Virus record (IMG/VR): IMGVR_UViG_3300021400_001413
Coordinates: 1-64,000 of that record
Reading direction: 5' to 3' (one strand)
Length of the DNA: 64,000 nucleotides
Source of the DNA: a virus
Taxonomy: Duplodnaviria; Caudoviricetes
Shown: piece after piece, positions 46,741-57,700 of the stretch
How the letters are laid out: each line of letters starts with the position of its first letter
Numbering within the stretch: position 1 is the first letter of the stretch
Program-made: the position numbers and the translations under genes
The notes under the pieces: model-generated
The model's database searches: none
What the model saw: only the letters and a program-made list of their open reading frames with translations
Told to the model about the DNA's origin: nothing

Positions 46741-47481
46741 ATGACAATTACAGAATTTTCAGACCAGTTTGATGTTCTATATAACAACATCACATCAAAT
46801 CAAGCCCCAGGCTTGAATGAATATGAGAAGAGCCTTTTTCTCACTAAGGCCGAAAAAGAGATAGTAAAGAACTATTTTTCTGCCCAAAGTAAAGGCAATA
46901 ATCTTCAGCAGGGTTTTGATGATTCTGCTAAGAGGCAGGCAGACTTCTCTGTACTTATGAAAACTGGTGCTTGTACATCAGTAACAATGTCTGACACAAA
47001 TAAGATTGATGAGAGGAGCGAAGTATTCTCATATCCCAATGATGTATATATTGTTATCAATGAGACTGTAAAGATAGGTTCTGCTATTAAGCAGGTTATT
47101 CCATTGAGATATGATGAATACACACGATTGATGTCTAAGCCTTTCAAGAGACCATTGAAGAATCAGGTATGGAGACTTATTAACTCAGGCTCTGTATCAG
47201 GTACTATTGCTACAAAGAGAGTAGAGATTATTGCTGGAGTAGGAGAGACTGTAAGCTCTTATTCAGTAAGATATGTAAGAGTTCCAAAGCCTATTATTGT
47301 AGCTGATTTGGATGGTCTTACTATTGATGGTCAAAGTACTGCCTCTACAGAATGTGAGATTGATCCAATCTTGCATGAGGATATTCTTCAGAGAGCAGTA
47401 GAGCTTGCAAAGATTGCTTGGACTGCAACAGGCAATGATAATATACAAGCAGAATTAGCAGCAGGACAACGCAGTGAATAA
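46741..47481 (+). CDS. tail ring/head-tail connector protein
   Basis: EYEKSLFLTKAEKEIV...YVRVPKPII...CEIDPILHEDILQRAVELA; paralogous to the next gene. Confidence 0.7.
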   Translation: MTITEFSDQFDVLYNNITSNQAPGLNEYEKSLFLTKAEKEIVKNYFSAQSKGNNLQQGFDDSAKRQADFSVLMKTGACTSVTMSDTNKIDERSEVFSYPNDVYIVINETVKIGSAIKQVIPLRYDEYTRLMSKPFKRPLKNQVWRLINSGSVSGTIATKRVEIIAGVGETVSSYSVRYVRVPKPIIVADLDGLTIDGQSTASTECEIDPILHEDILQRAVELAKIAWTATGNDNIQAELAAGQRSE

Positions 47482-47501
47482 CTCATATAATAATAAAAAG
47501 T

Positions 47502-48230
47502 ATGACGAGAGAAGAATTCAGTTCCAGCTTTGATACCTTACTCAATGGGTATGCCAATACTGCTCAGTTTGGTAATTCAAACGCTAAAACAGATATTGTG
47601 CTTGATGAGTATGAGAAGTCGGTATTCCTAACTCAGGCTCAGGAAGAGGAAGCACTCTCTCTTTATACCGGTAAAAATTTGGATAGAGAAGCCTTTGAAG
47701 CTACGGAGGAGATAAGAAGATATCTGTCTCCGCTTATCAAGGAAGCAGAACTTAATCCTATTACTACTACAAATGGAAACTTTCTTGGGCTTGAATCCAA
47801 CTCAAAATTCTTCACACTGCCACTAGACCTTTGGTTTATAACATTTGAGAGGGTAATTATTACTGATGGTAAATGTGGGGGATCTACTAGCTTAGATGTC
47901 TATCCTGTAAGACAGGATGAATATCATAAAATTCGCAAGAATCCTTTTAGAGGAGCTAATGACAGAAGAGCACTAAGATTGGATTTGTCGGAAGGTAATG
48001 TGGAAATTGTTAGTAAGTATGGAGTCACATCTTATTACATAAGATATTTGCGTAAACTGAAGCCTATTGTGCTGACAGATTTTGATGCGGATGTTTCAAT
48101 TAATGGTATATATACAGCTACTGACTGTGAACTTCCAGAGATTCTTCATCAGAAAATTTTAGAAAGAGCAGTTAGATTAGCTCTGAGGTCTAAAGGTATC
48201 AGAATAGAAAATAACAACGAGAATAGATAA
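47502..48230 (+). CDS. tail ring/head-tail connector protein (paralog)
   Basis: EYEKSVFLTQAQEE...YLRKLKPIVL...CELPEILHQKILERAVRLA. Confidence 0.7.
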   Translation: MTREEFSSSFDTLLNGYANTAQFGNSNAKTDIVLDEYEKSVFLTQAQEEEALSLYTGKNLDREAFEATEEIRRYLSPLIKEAELNPITTTNGNFLGLESNSKFFTLPLDLWFITFERVIITDGKCGGSTSLDVYPVRQDEYHKIRKNPFRGANDRRALRLDLSEGNVEIVSKYGVTSYYIRYLRKLKPIVLTDFDADVSINGIYTATDCELPEILHQKILERAVRLALRSKGIRIENNNENR

Positions 48231-48285
48231 TGCCGATGGTTTGCCATTACCAGAAGCTATGTTTAATTTAATTTAATTTACGATT

Positions 48286-49299
48286 ATGGCAATGTTTACA
48301 GAAAATCAGTCACGACAGCTTTATGTCGTAAACAGTGTAGTAGCAGCCAATGCAGACCCTGTAAATGCTGGTGATATTAAAATGAAGGAAACTGCTGATG
48401 GTAAGGAGTTCTTCTTCAATATTATGGGTGCTACAGATGATGGCCTCCAGAGGTCAGATTTGGTTAACAAGTGTCAGATTATGGATATCAGGGCTACTGC
48501 TGCTGATGACATGAAACACAAGATGAAGAAAGTAGAGCTTGTGCTTGATTCTAATGTAAGTGCAACTCCTATTGTTGGCCAGGATTATCTTGTTAATGTC
48601 ACCATTAAGAACTATATTGCCAATGGTGATGATTCTATTAAGGTAAAGTTTGGTGCAGCTAAGGCTTTCAGCACTTCTGCTGATGCTCTCTACAAGTCTC
48701 TTGCAATTAATCTGGCTAAGAATTTCAGCCGTGAATCAGTAAAGTTGGTAAAGATTACTTTGAAGGGTGATGCCAACAATACTGAGATTACTTCTAAGAC
48801 TAAGGTATCTGACCTGAGTGCTATTACTGCTACAGGTATTATCTTTGAGGAAGTTGAGCAGCCTTGGAGACTGGGTTGTGCAAAGGTTGAGTATGTAAAC
48901 TTTGAGGTACAGCCCTCTACTATCTATGCTAATCAGATGGATCAGGTATGGGGTGTTGTAACTGATGTTACTGCTAATAATACCAATGCTCTGCCAAACT
49001 CAAAGATTGTTGCTGATATGGAGTACTTCTTCCATAAGAATCGTGGTGATATCTATGGTATACAGGATTGGCCTAATAACATTGACACCAAGTATATGGT
49101 TAACCCATCTCTGGCTGCTGGTTACAGCATGTTAGACATTCATTTCTACTATGAGGGTAACAGCCATAATATTGGTCACAGCGAGAAGACCATTACTCTG
49201 GTAGGTGAAAAGACTGAGTTGGCTAAGATTGTTTCAGACCTTGAGAACACTGTTCTTTCAGGTTACAATGTAGTTGTCAAGAAGTCTGCTAATTGGTAA
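48286..49299 (+). CDS. abundant virion structural protein (auxiliary capsid protein-like)
   Basis: MFTENQSRQLYVV N-terminus, ADMEYFFHKNRGD; high-expression codon bias. Confidence 0.6.
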   Translation: MAMFTENQSRQLYVVNSVVAANADPVNAGDIKMKETADGKEFFFNIMGATDDGLQRSDLVNKCQIMDIRATAADDMKHKMKKVELVLDSNVSATPIVGQDYLVNVTIKNYIANGDDSIKVKFGAAKAFSTSADALYKSLAINLAKNFSRESVKLVKITLKGDANNTEITSKTKVSDLSAITATGIIFEEVEQPWRLGCAKVEYVNFEVQPSTIYANQMDQVWGVVTDVTANNTNALPNSKIVADMEYFFHKNRGDIYGIQDWPNNIDTKYMVNPSLAAGYSMLDIHFYYEGNSHNIGHSEKTITLVGEKTELAKIVSDLENTVLSGYNVVVKKSANW

Positions 49300-49372
49300 G
49301 AGTGCTACTTTTTTGTCTATAACACGGGGGATGGAGAGTAATCCCCATTCCCCACTTTAAAGTTCTAAGACT

Positions 49373-49825
49373 ATGATGATATATGACAAAATTGTAGAAT
49401 CAGTTACTGAGCCTCAGTCAACTAATGTCATTTGGCTGAGACCTACTGAAGGAGGCTTTGCCTTCTACAGATATAAGAATGGTAAGTGGGATGCCCTGAG
49501 AATCATGAATACTAAGGATTCTACAACTCCAGAGGATGATGAGCCTTATGATCTTGATGGTGTTGGTGCAAAGAGACTTGCAGACCTTGAGGATGTAACA
49601 CTGTCTTCTGTAGAGGATGGACAGATACTGAAATATAAGGGTGCTGGTTGGGAGAATGAGGATGATGATTCTGGTACACCAGGTCCTGACACAGTAGGTA
49701 CTGAGCAGATTATTGATAACTCAGTTGAGATGGGGGACTTGAATGATAGTGTGAAGAATAAGATTCAGAAGACTTATGATATAAGTGATGAGTCTCTTTC
49801 TATGGATTATGATGTACAACCTTAA
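49373..49825 (+). CDS. putative fibre/structural protein
   Basis: LADLEDV...DGQILKY...W motif and PDTVGTEQIID. Confidence 0.5.
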   Translation: MMIYDKIVESVTEPQSTNVIWLRPTEGGFAFYRYKNGKWDALRIMNTKDSTTPEDDEPYDLDGVGAKRLADLEDVTLSSVEDGQILKYKGAGWENEDDDSGTPGPDTVGTEQIIDNSVEMGDLNDSVKNKIQKTYDISDESLSMDYDVQP

Positions 49826-49829
49826 GAGT

Positions 49830-50060
49830 ATGGCAAAGTCAGCATTACAAGATTATGAGTTCCTTCAGTGTGAGGATGGAATTTACTTTGGAAGAGCATT
49901 GAAGAATGGTTCAATCTCCAAGGATGCCCGCAAGATAACTGATGAGGAGATAGTACAGATGTTCTCAGAGTTTTTGCAGGACTACTGCCTAAGAACAAAG
50001 AAACCTTTGGTTCTTGAGAGAAATGGCAAACCATTTATTCAGGCTCAGATAATAATCTAA
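49830..50060 (+). CDS. small hypothetical protein
   Basis: Start moved to MAKSAL. Confidence 0.55.
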   Translation: MAKSALQDYEFLQCEDGIYFGRALKNGSISKDARKITDEEIVQMFSEFLQDYCLRTKKPLVLERNGKPFIQAQIII

Positions 50061-50162
50061 TAGGTTTTGATACCTGTTAACACAAGATTCTGATTTGCGG
50101 GATAACTACCCGCCACAGATATATAGTTTAATTTATGTTTAACACTTTAAAGATTTAGTTTT

Positions 50163-51317
50163 ATGCCAGATCCAAAAAAGTATCTTAGTAAAATTGTTAA
50201 GGGTACAGATACCCTTTGGTTGAAGGATGCAGAGGCTCGTGAGTCTATTGAGGACATCTATTCAAAAATATCAGGTGGTCTTCACTACCTTGGTAAGTCT
50301 ACAACTCCTATTGCTGATGGTGATGCTACAGGCCCTTGGGTGATTGACGGTGTTACCTATGTAGTAAGCAATCCTTCTGAGGGTCAGAAGGTTCTTTCTG
50401 CTGGTGATATTGCCATCTATGGTGAGTCTGAGTTCATTTGGTCAGGTGCTTCTGGTAAGTGGCAGGAGTTTGGTTCTACTGGTTCACTTGGTGCTTTGGC
50501 ATTCAAGGATAGTGCAAGTGGCACTTACACCCCTGCTGGTACAAATGCTGCTTCTACAGTATCTTTCACAGGTACAGCTGATGGTGACTTTGTAACTGGT
50601 TACAATAATGACGGTGTAGCTCCTAGCTTTGTTGAGGGTACATTCAGTGCAGGTAGTCTGCCTACATTCCAGGAGGGTGCATTTACTGCTGCTTCTCTGG
50701 GTACAGGTTTCTACACTCCTGGTACTGCTCCTTCATTCTCTGAGGGTGCTTTCAGCGCAGGTTCACTTCCATCAAAGGAGGCTGACACTTTTGATGCTGG
50801 ATCACTCCCATCAAAGGCTGCTGATACCTTTACACAGGGTACACTTCCTTCACTGGGTGCAGAGACTAAGAGTGCCTTCGCTACTGAGGGTGAGGTTTCT
50901 ACCTATGATGAGGATAATGAGACTCTGACTCTGAGTGCTGCTTCTACTTCTGATGCTGTTACTGCTCAGGGTACATTTGCTGCTGGTTCTCTGCCAACCT
51001 TTACAGAGGGTGCCTTCTCAGCTGGTTCACTGCCTTCTTACACTGAAGGTGCATTTGATGCAGGCTCTCTGCCTAGCAAGGCAGCTGATACATGGAATGC
51101 AGGTTCTATGGCTGCTATTGATGTTACCAAGTTTGACGGTGGTTCTAAGGCTGCTGACAGCTTCACTGCTGGTACTCTGCCTTCTAAGGATGCAGATACC
51201 TTCAATGCTGGTTCTGCTGCTACTCTTGCTACATCTAAGGCTATTACAGACCTTGGTACTGCAGAGGCTGCTGCTCAGACCTTCACTGGTACTCAGGCTA
51301 CTATTACTGTTGAGTAA
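50163..51317 (+). CDS. fibre-like structural protein with 13-aa repeats
   Basis: About 11 copies of [ST][FK]x[EA][GD][AT]FxAG[ST]LP. Confidence 0.7.
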   Translation: MPDPKKYLSKIVKGTDTLWLKDAEARESIEDIYSKISGGLHYLGKSTTPIADGDATGPWVIDGVTYVVSNPSEGQKVLSAGDIAIYGESEFIWSGASGKWQEFGSTGSLGALAFKDSASGTYTPAGTNAASTVSFTGTADGDFVTGYNNDGVAPSFVEGTFSAGSLPTFQEGAFTAASLGTGFYTPGTAPSFSEGAFSAGSLPSKEADTFDAGSLPSKAADTFTQGTLPSLGAETKSAFATEGEVSTYDEDNETLTLSAASTSDAVTAQGTFAAGSLPTFTEGAFSAGSLPSYTEGAFDAGSLPSKAADTWNAGSMAAIDVTKFDGGSKAADSFTAGTLPSKDADTFNAGSAATLATSKAITDLGTAEAAAQTFTGTQATITVE

Positions 51318-51329
51318 TAAGTCCACTAT

Positions 51330-51375
51330 TATAGGGAAGGGGAGGGGTTTAAATCCTCCCTCTCCCTTTCCTTTT
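51330..51375 (+). terminator. intrinsic terminator
   Basis: AGGGAAGGGGAGGG...CCTCCCTCTCCCTTTCCTTTT. Confidence 0.6.
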
Positions 51376-51407
51376 AATTCTTTAATCAGAATAAAACATA
51401 AAGGATT

Positions 51408-51773
51408 ATGGCAAAGAAATATCTTTCAATAATAAATAAAGGTAGTAATGATATTTTCATAAAGGACTCAGAGGCTCAGGAAGCTGTGTTCTATAAAGAT
51501 ATATATGTTGGTGCAGCCACTCAGTCAACAACTATCAAAACTGCTACCTATCATCATGATATACTAGTTAAGGGAAGCTTGGTAGCTATTACTGCAAATA
51601 GCCAGAAAATATGGCTTATATTCCCAGAAGCTATGGAAGTACCAAGTGTGTTCATGAGTGGTATGGAGGTTGCAATGACTTTGCATGGAACCACTACAAT
51701 AAATGAAGCTACCTATAAGGTGTATAAGAGTGAATCGCCTTTTACTGGCACATTCAACATTCAATTATTTTAA
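51408..51773 (+). CDS. putative structural protein
   Basis: N-terminus KKYLSII.KG...IKDSEAQE paralogous to the start of 50163..51317 (KKYLSKIVKG...LKDAEARE). Confidence 0.6.
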   Translation: MAKKYLSIINKGSNDIFIKDSEAQEAVFYKDIYVGAATQSTTIKTATYHHDILVKGSLVAITANSQKIWLIFPEAMEVPSVFMSGMEVAMTLHGTTTINEATYKVYKSESPFTGTFNIQLF

Positions 51774-51788
51774 GAGAGGAGGTGGTTT

Positions 51789-52379
51789 ATGAGTGTTATA
51801 TTTGACCAGTTGCGCATTTCAGATGATGGCAAGAAGATGTACATTAATCTACATGTCAATAAAGCAGAATACTTTGATGACATCTATCTTGACAGTATTA
51901 CTATTATGACTGCTGACAAGGTATCAGAGACTAATCCTAATATGCCAACATCTGACTATATATATAATAAGGTATTTGAGGGTAATCAAAAAGAAGCTGA
52001 TTTGGTATTGCTACCATCAGATTTCAATGAGCACTTTGCAAAGTCTGACTTTAGCAGTGACCTCTTCTTTGTGTTTGTTAAGATTAAAGGAACACCCTCA
52101 GAGTGTACTCCATGCAGACTGGATGAAGAAATTACTCTCGGAGTAACTTTTGATGATAATATGTTGTATCAGAAAGTAATGCAGTTCACTAGAGATCTTG
52201 CGGACTCTTGTACCATCTCAAAAGGATTTATTGATATGATACTTCTTTGGAATGGATTCAAGGCTGCTGTAAACACAGAGCATTATCTGCCTGCTATTGA
52301 CTTTTGGAAAAAGATGTTCTATGGGCATCATGGTATAAATGGATTGAGTAGTTCTAAACCTTGTGGGTGTCATGGATAA
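51789..52379 (+). CDS. tail hub-type structural protein (crAss-like)
   Basis: MSVIFDQLRISDDGKK...; ends KPCGCHG. Confidence 0.6.
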   Translation: MSVIFDQLRISDDGKKMYINLHVNKAEYFDDIYLDSITIMTADKVSETNPNMPTSDYIYNKVFEGNQKEADLVLLPSDFNEHFAKSDFSSDLFFVFVKIKGTPSECTPCRLDEEITLGVTFDDNMLYQKVMQFTRDLADSCTISKGFIDMILLWNGFKAAVNTEHYLPAIDFWKKMFYGHHGINGLSSSKPCGCHG

Positions 52380-52749
52380 ATTTATATATACTTCTATTAC
52401 CCAATATTATGATGCCCTAAGTAGATTAGGGTATCATAAATATGGGGATGTATTTAGTCTCTTAATACTAGGTTTCCTTAGAGATTTTGTCTATGAAGAT
52501 TATAGAGCAAGACTTAGTAGAGAAGACTACCATGAGATAGAGAAGGCACTTAATTGCCTATTTGGTTCAAGTTGTTTAATTCCTTATCCAGATTATTTGA
52601 AAATGGGAAAATTACATATTGGTGAGATGACAGAGATGGCCCATAGGGTTAAGACTCTGGAAAATACAGAGGTATTAAAAGCCTTTGATGGTGACGATGA
52701 GAATTCTGACATTATGATTTTGTCAGAGAATAGTGAAGAATCAGAATAA
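52363..52749 (+). CDS. tail hub-type structural protein (crAss-like)
   Basis: ALNCLFGSSCLIPYPDY motif; coupled to the previous gene. Confidence 0.6.
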   Translation: MGVMDKFIYTSITQYYDALSRLGYHKYGDVFSLLILGFLRDFVYEDYRARLSREDYHEIEKALNCLFGSSCLIPYPDYLKMGKLHIGEMTEMAHRVKTLENTEVLKAFDGDDENSDIMILSENSEESE

Positions 52750-52757
52750 TTCATACT

Positions 52758-53465
52758 ATGGCAAAGTATAAGGAAATAGTAAGCATGGTGCTGGATGAGC
52801 TGAAGATAACCAGTGATGATAGCATCTTTACAGAAGAACATATCATCTTTTTGGCGGGTAGGTATAGGAGTTTCTTGTTAAAGCAACGTTATTATACAGA
52901 CCTGAAAAAACAGATACCAGAGAGTAACTATCAGACTCTATGTCTCTCTCTTGAGAGAGTAGAGGCTATAGAAGGACTTCCTTGTATTGGAGGCTACTAT
53001 CTCCGTACTACAAAGCCAGTGCCTAATTTGTTACCTTTTGGTAATTCTCGTTTTTATACTTCTGCCAGTTATTTTAAAGGAGATATTACTATGGTTAGCA
53101 AGGATAGATTCAAGTATGTAGGCAGTAATAAATACATGCAGAACATCCTTTATGCTTGCCTTGGCCCAGATTCCTATGTTTACATTACAAGTAGTAATCC
53201 TCAGTTCCTTTATCTTGAAGGGGAGAATAAGCTTAAAGTGACTGGTATCTTTGAGAATGCAGAAGAAGCCTCTAATCTTGAATGTGATAATCAGGGAAAC
53301 CCTGAAACGTGTGATATACTTGACAGGGACTTTCCTATGGAAGATGCTCTCATAGCCCCACTCATAGAACTTATTACTAAGGAATTATCTCCATCTGTTG
53401 CTGCCCCAGAAGATAAAGAGAATAATGCCAATGACAATTTAAGTCCTGAATCTCAAGCGAGGTAA
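52758..53465 (+). CDS. tail ring protein
   Basis: RSFLLKQRY...YQTLCL...CDILDRDFPME...LI. Confidence 0.65.
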   Translation: MAKYKEIVSMVLDELKITSDDSIFTEEHIIFLAGRYRSFLLKQRYYTDLKKQIPESNYQTLCLSLERVEAIEGLPCIGGYYLRTTKPVPNLLPFGNSRFYTSASYFKGDITMVSKDRFKYVGSNKYMQNILYACLGPDSYVYITSSNPQFLYLEGENKLKVTGIFENAEEASNLECDNQGNPETCDILDRDFPMEDALIAPLIELITKELSPSVAAPEDKENNANDNLSPESQAR

Positions 53466-53468
53466 AAT

Positions 53469-54002
53469 ATGGAACAATACCAGGAATTTGTAGGAAAACT
53501 GCAAAAGAGAGGATCCAAACCCCATAAAATTGCCCACTGTTTTGGAGCAAGAGATGCTTTTCATTGGGTAAGGGCTAATCATTGGAAAGCTACTGGAGGA
53601 AAAACTGTTGATAAGTTATTGTATAGCCAGATTATATCTGAGGTACACAAAGAGCTTGCAGGTATGTTACTTGAAGGACATGAAATAGAATTTCCATATA
53701 AAATGGGCTGCTTAGTCCTTACACGTACTCCAGCTAAAGTTACTTATGAAAAGGGAGAATTGAAAACAAATTATAGAACTGACTGGAAAAAGACTCTTGA
53801 ATATCGTTATAATGAAGATCCTGAGGGGCATAAACGTATTAAGAGAGTGCAGCCTTTTATTTATAGCATTCGTTATCATAAGAAGAAAGCGACATACCAT
53901 AATCGTAGATTCTATATGTTCAGAATCAACAGAAGTTTGATAAAGACACTAGGAGCAGCTATAGAGAGACAGGGAATAAAGGCAGAAACAGTAGATATTT
54001 AA
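53469..54002 (+). CDS. IHF-like DNA-binding protein (crAss late module)
   Basis: IISEVHKELAGMLLEGHEIEFPYKMGCL HU/IHF-like segment; basic. Confidence 0.55.
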   Translation: MEQYQEFVGKLQKRGSKPHKIAHCFGARDAFHWVRANHWKATGGKTVDKLLYSQIISEVHKELAGMLLEGHEIEFPYKMGCLVLTRTPAKVTYEKGELKTNYRTDWKKTLEYRYNEDPEGHKRIKRVQPFIYSIRYHKKKATYHNRRFYMFRINRSLIKTLGAAIERQGIKAETVDI

Positions 54003-54019
54003 AATAAAAGTTAACAGCT

Positions 54020-54715
54020 ATGGTAAAAGAGATAGAGTACATTAGCATTAAGGAGTTACTTTCAAGAGTACTTCGTCATAAGCTGCTTCAGGAATTTACT
54101 CTTGAGCAAGCTATTCAATACACCATTGACTTTATTGGTATCTTTGGATTCCCTGAGTTATATGAGGATAAACAGGCAGAAGTTGATATATGTGACTTTA
54201 GAGGAAAGTTACCTTGTGATCTCATTCAGATTAATATGGTAAAAGATTGCAAGACTGATATTCCACTAAGGTCTATGACAGCTGCTTTTAATCCTGGAGG
54301 CAAGTATTATAATCATCTGAGGCAGGAACCACAATTCAAAACTCAGAATAGGACTATTATTACATCATTTCCAGAAGGTAGGGTAATTATCGCCTATAAA
54401 GCCATACCAGTTGATGATGAAGGTCTTCCTCTACTTGTTAACAATACAAAGTACCTTAAAGCACTTGAATTATATGTAAAATGTCAGATGTTTACCATGC
54501 TCTTTGAGGAGGGAAAGATTACTCAGCAAGTATTAAATCATACAGAGCAAGAATACTGCTGGGCAGCAGGACAGCTTGAGGAAGAGGTCAAAACTCCTTC
54601 TGAATCAGAGATGCAGACAATTACCAATATATTGCATCAGATAATTCCGAGACATGATGACTTCTATAACAGATATGAAGCATTAGGAAACAAGGAATTC
54701 AGAAAAATACATTAA
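54020..54715 (+). CDS. tail tubular/ring protein (P22 gp4-like position)
   Basis: YISIKELLSRVLRH...LPCDL...YKAIPVDDEGLPL. Confidence 0.65.
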   Translation: MVKEIEYISIKELLSRVLRHKLLQEFTLEQAIQYTIDFIGIFGFPELYEDKQAEVDICDFRGKLPCDLIQINMVKDCKTDIPLRSMTAAFNPGGKYYNHLRQEPQFKTQNRTIITSFPEGRVIIAYKAIPVDDEGLPLLVNNTKYLKALELYVKCQMFTMLFEEGKITQQVLNHTEQEYCWAAGQLEEEVKTPSESEMQTITNILHQIIPRHDDFYNRYEALGNKEFRKIH

Positions 54716-54734
54716 CTCCATATATATACAAATT

Positions 54735-54767
54735 AAAAAGGGAACTGCCTCCACAGGTGGTTCCCTT
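54735..54767 (-). terminator. terminator between convergent genes
   Basis: AAGGGAAC...GTTCCCTT stem with U-run on the minus strand. Confidence 0.6.
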
Positions 54768-54798
54768 CAACTTACTAAAAACAATATCGCTTATGGAA

Positions 54799-57700
54799 CT
54801 ATTTATAATCTTTTGCGTAATACTTAGTACCTGTATCAAGATCCTCGACAAACTTATCAATTTGTCTAAATTGTGTAAATGGAGGCAAAGGTAATTCAGC
54901 CCATCTCTTATACAGATAACTGTGCCCCTCATATCTTCCACTCTGAATCAACTCATCATCATCTGGGAACCAGTTGGCAGGATTAATGGTAGTTACCATA
55001 GCCTGAGCTAGCTTATTTGCAGCACTTGCAGCTACAAATGGAGAAGTGACTGTCTTATAACCTTCAGTCAACATCATTGGGCCTGGAGTCAGGAATCCTA
55101 ATTCATGTACTTCTCTATGCAACATATACTCAGCAAACTTCATAGCCCAACTTCTGTCTGGATCCTTGATTCCACTTCCAAGACAAGTACACAGAACCCA
55201 CAAAGCATAAGTTTGAGCCATTTCAGTAAGAGCCCTTCTTACATTGGCTTTTTCACTCTCATTAAGTTTTTCCCATTCAGTAGTCAGCTTGAATCCTCCT
55301 TTCCATAAATCCTTAGCTAATCTACCAGCAGTTCTGTAATAACCCTCTTCTTCCCTGCCAATGTCAAGTATCATTCTCTTACCCTGGAATCTGCGCATCA
55401 TCTGAGGTATAATCCACTTACGCATCTGCATAGCCAACCTGCCAAGCATTACTCTATTGGCTGCATTTTGGTCATCATCATTATAGATACCTGCTATTAC
55501 GTGGTTAATATGAGCTATTTCTCTTGAAAACTGTCCAGAATCAAACACATTTCCATCAAGATTCTTTGTACCCTTCTTAGGCTGCATATACTTATAACCA
55601 TTCTTATCAGTTACAATCTCAAGAGCATCCCATACAGACATCTCCCTACCATTAACTTTAACTCGCTTTTTCTTAGCCATAGCAATAGCAGTTCTATTGT
55701 AAATCCAGTGGTCTCCTAATCCCTGTTGAACAAATAACCAGTTGTTACCAAAGAACCTTCTGAAGATACTCTTCATCTGAGTATTATGTAACTTATCCTT
55801 AGCATTCTGTCTCACATCAAAGAGCTCATCAAACAGAGCCAATTTACTTTGTTTCTCTCTGCTACCAAGCTCTGCAATAAACTCAGGAATCATAGCAGCA
55901 TATTCCTTATCTGCTAATGCTAATTCTTTGGCTCCAAAAAACTCTCCAGCAGCAGCTTCTATATTCTGCATACCAGCAGCTGTTGCAACGTTAGCAACAC
56001 CAGCAAGATAGTTACATCCAAGGTATGCCATAGAAGTGAGTTTTTGGAATACATTAAGAGTTTTCTGTGCGTTTACTCCAAGCACATCATCTTCTTTCAT
56101 GTACCTTCCGTATACCTGACATTCCAGATAATCTCTTAACTTTTTAGCAAAATTAGTATTACTTCCGACCTTAATACTCTTATGAGTAACTCTGCCTAGT
56201 ACATTTAGTACCTCTTCTTTGGTCTTAGAGCCTGCATTCTTCACAAATTCTTTCTGAGCAGTTACACTTACACCAACCTCTAATGGGTCATATACCTTAC
56301 TCATTTGGTCATAGGTATTAGTAGCATAAGCATAAGCCATCAAGTCTGAGAACACATCAGTACTCAAAGTATCAGGATTCTTTAACCTATTAGTATATAG
56401 CACTGGAAGAGTCATGTACTCCTGTCCAGTAAAATCAGTCAATCCCTTAGTTGTCTCTCCATACAATAAATCATCATCTTCACTCTTGCTAAAGGCACTC
56501 TTTAAATCTTCCTTAATAGCAGCAAAAGCATTTGTTGGATTAGTAGCAGAGTCTATCAGTCTCTGAGTACCACTTCTTCTCCTCTGAATAGCCCTAACTC
56601 TATTCCTTCTGTCAGCAGGTAGTTGCATTTCAAGTTGATCCTTGTATTTTAAAATTTCATTCAAAGTTTCTAACTGTGCCTGACTCAATTTACTATATTC
56701 AGGATTTTTATACCTATCTCCAGGGAAACTATTACCGAACATATCCTTGGTAGCATGAGTCTCATACCAAGCCTTTCTTTCAAGAAAAGCCTTTTTGAAA
56801 TCTTCTCCTATAGGCTGTTTGCCATATTTCTCAATCAATTTCCTTTGCATCTCCTCCTCATCTTTCTTAAATTGGCCATGATTATAGGGAGAGATGTAAT
56901 TACCAGTCTTATGTCCTGCATTATCTTTTTCAAACATCCATTCAAATGAAGTGATACCTCTCTTTTCAGCATTCTCTCTTAATTTCCAGATATCCCTTAC
57001 ATTATGAATAGTACTGAGTCTCACTTTATCTTTGGCATTTTTCACAACCTTATCAAACAACTGTAGTAATACAGAACTTGACTCACCCATAGAAGTACAC
57101 CATCTGTCAAACTCTGATATATCAAAATCCTCACCGGCTAACACTTCTTTAAGTTTCTTGATACTTCCATCCGGATTCCTTAATGGAGATTTCTCGTAGA
57201 TAGGAGCCAAGAAATCACTAAATGCAGCAAATGCCTGATTCTTAAAGGCAGAATCACATGACTTATAGAGATCATCTATCTCCCTCCAGAGCTCTCTCAG
57301 ATTCACATCCTGACCATTGATAGTTATAATGAAGTCTTCTCCCATGTCATCCAATACCTCATGGAAGTCAGAAATAAATCCTTCATAACTATCAAGCACA
57401 CTCTTGATATGTCTGAGCATAGTGAAATTCTGCTGATTAAGAGTACCACTGATATCAAGTTTATCCATAGCATCCTGTAAATCATTCAATGCCCACTTAG
57501 CATAGGTATGCAATCCTTCCATCTTTTTAGTATCAGTCATCAGAGCCTCTAGTTTAACAATATTATCTCTGATATCTTTCCGCTGCTCTTTTGGAGCTAT
57601 TTTACTCCTCTTACGCTCTATTTCATTGGCTTTCTTAAGAAGAGACAGTACTTTGTCATTAGCATCCCTTAGATGATTGAATCTGGCGTTTCTTCTATTC

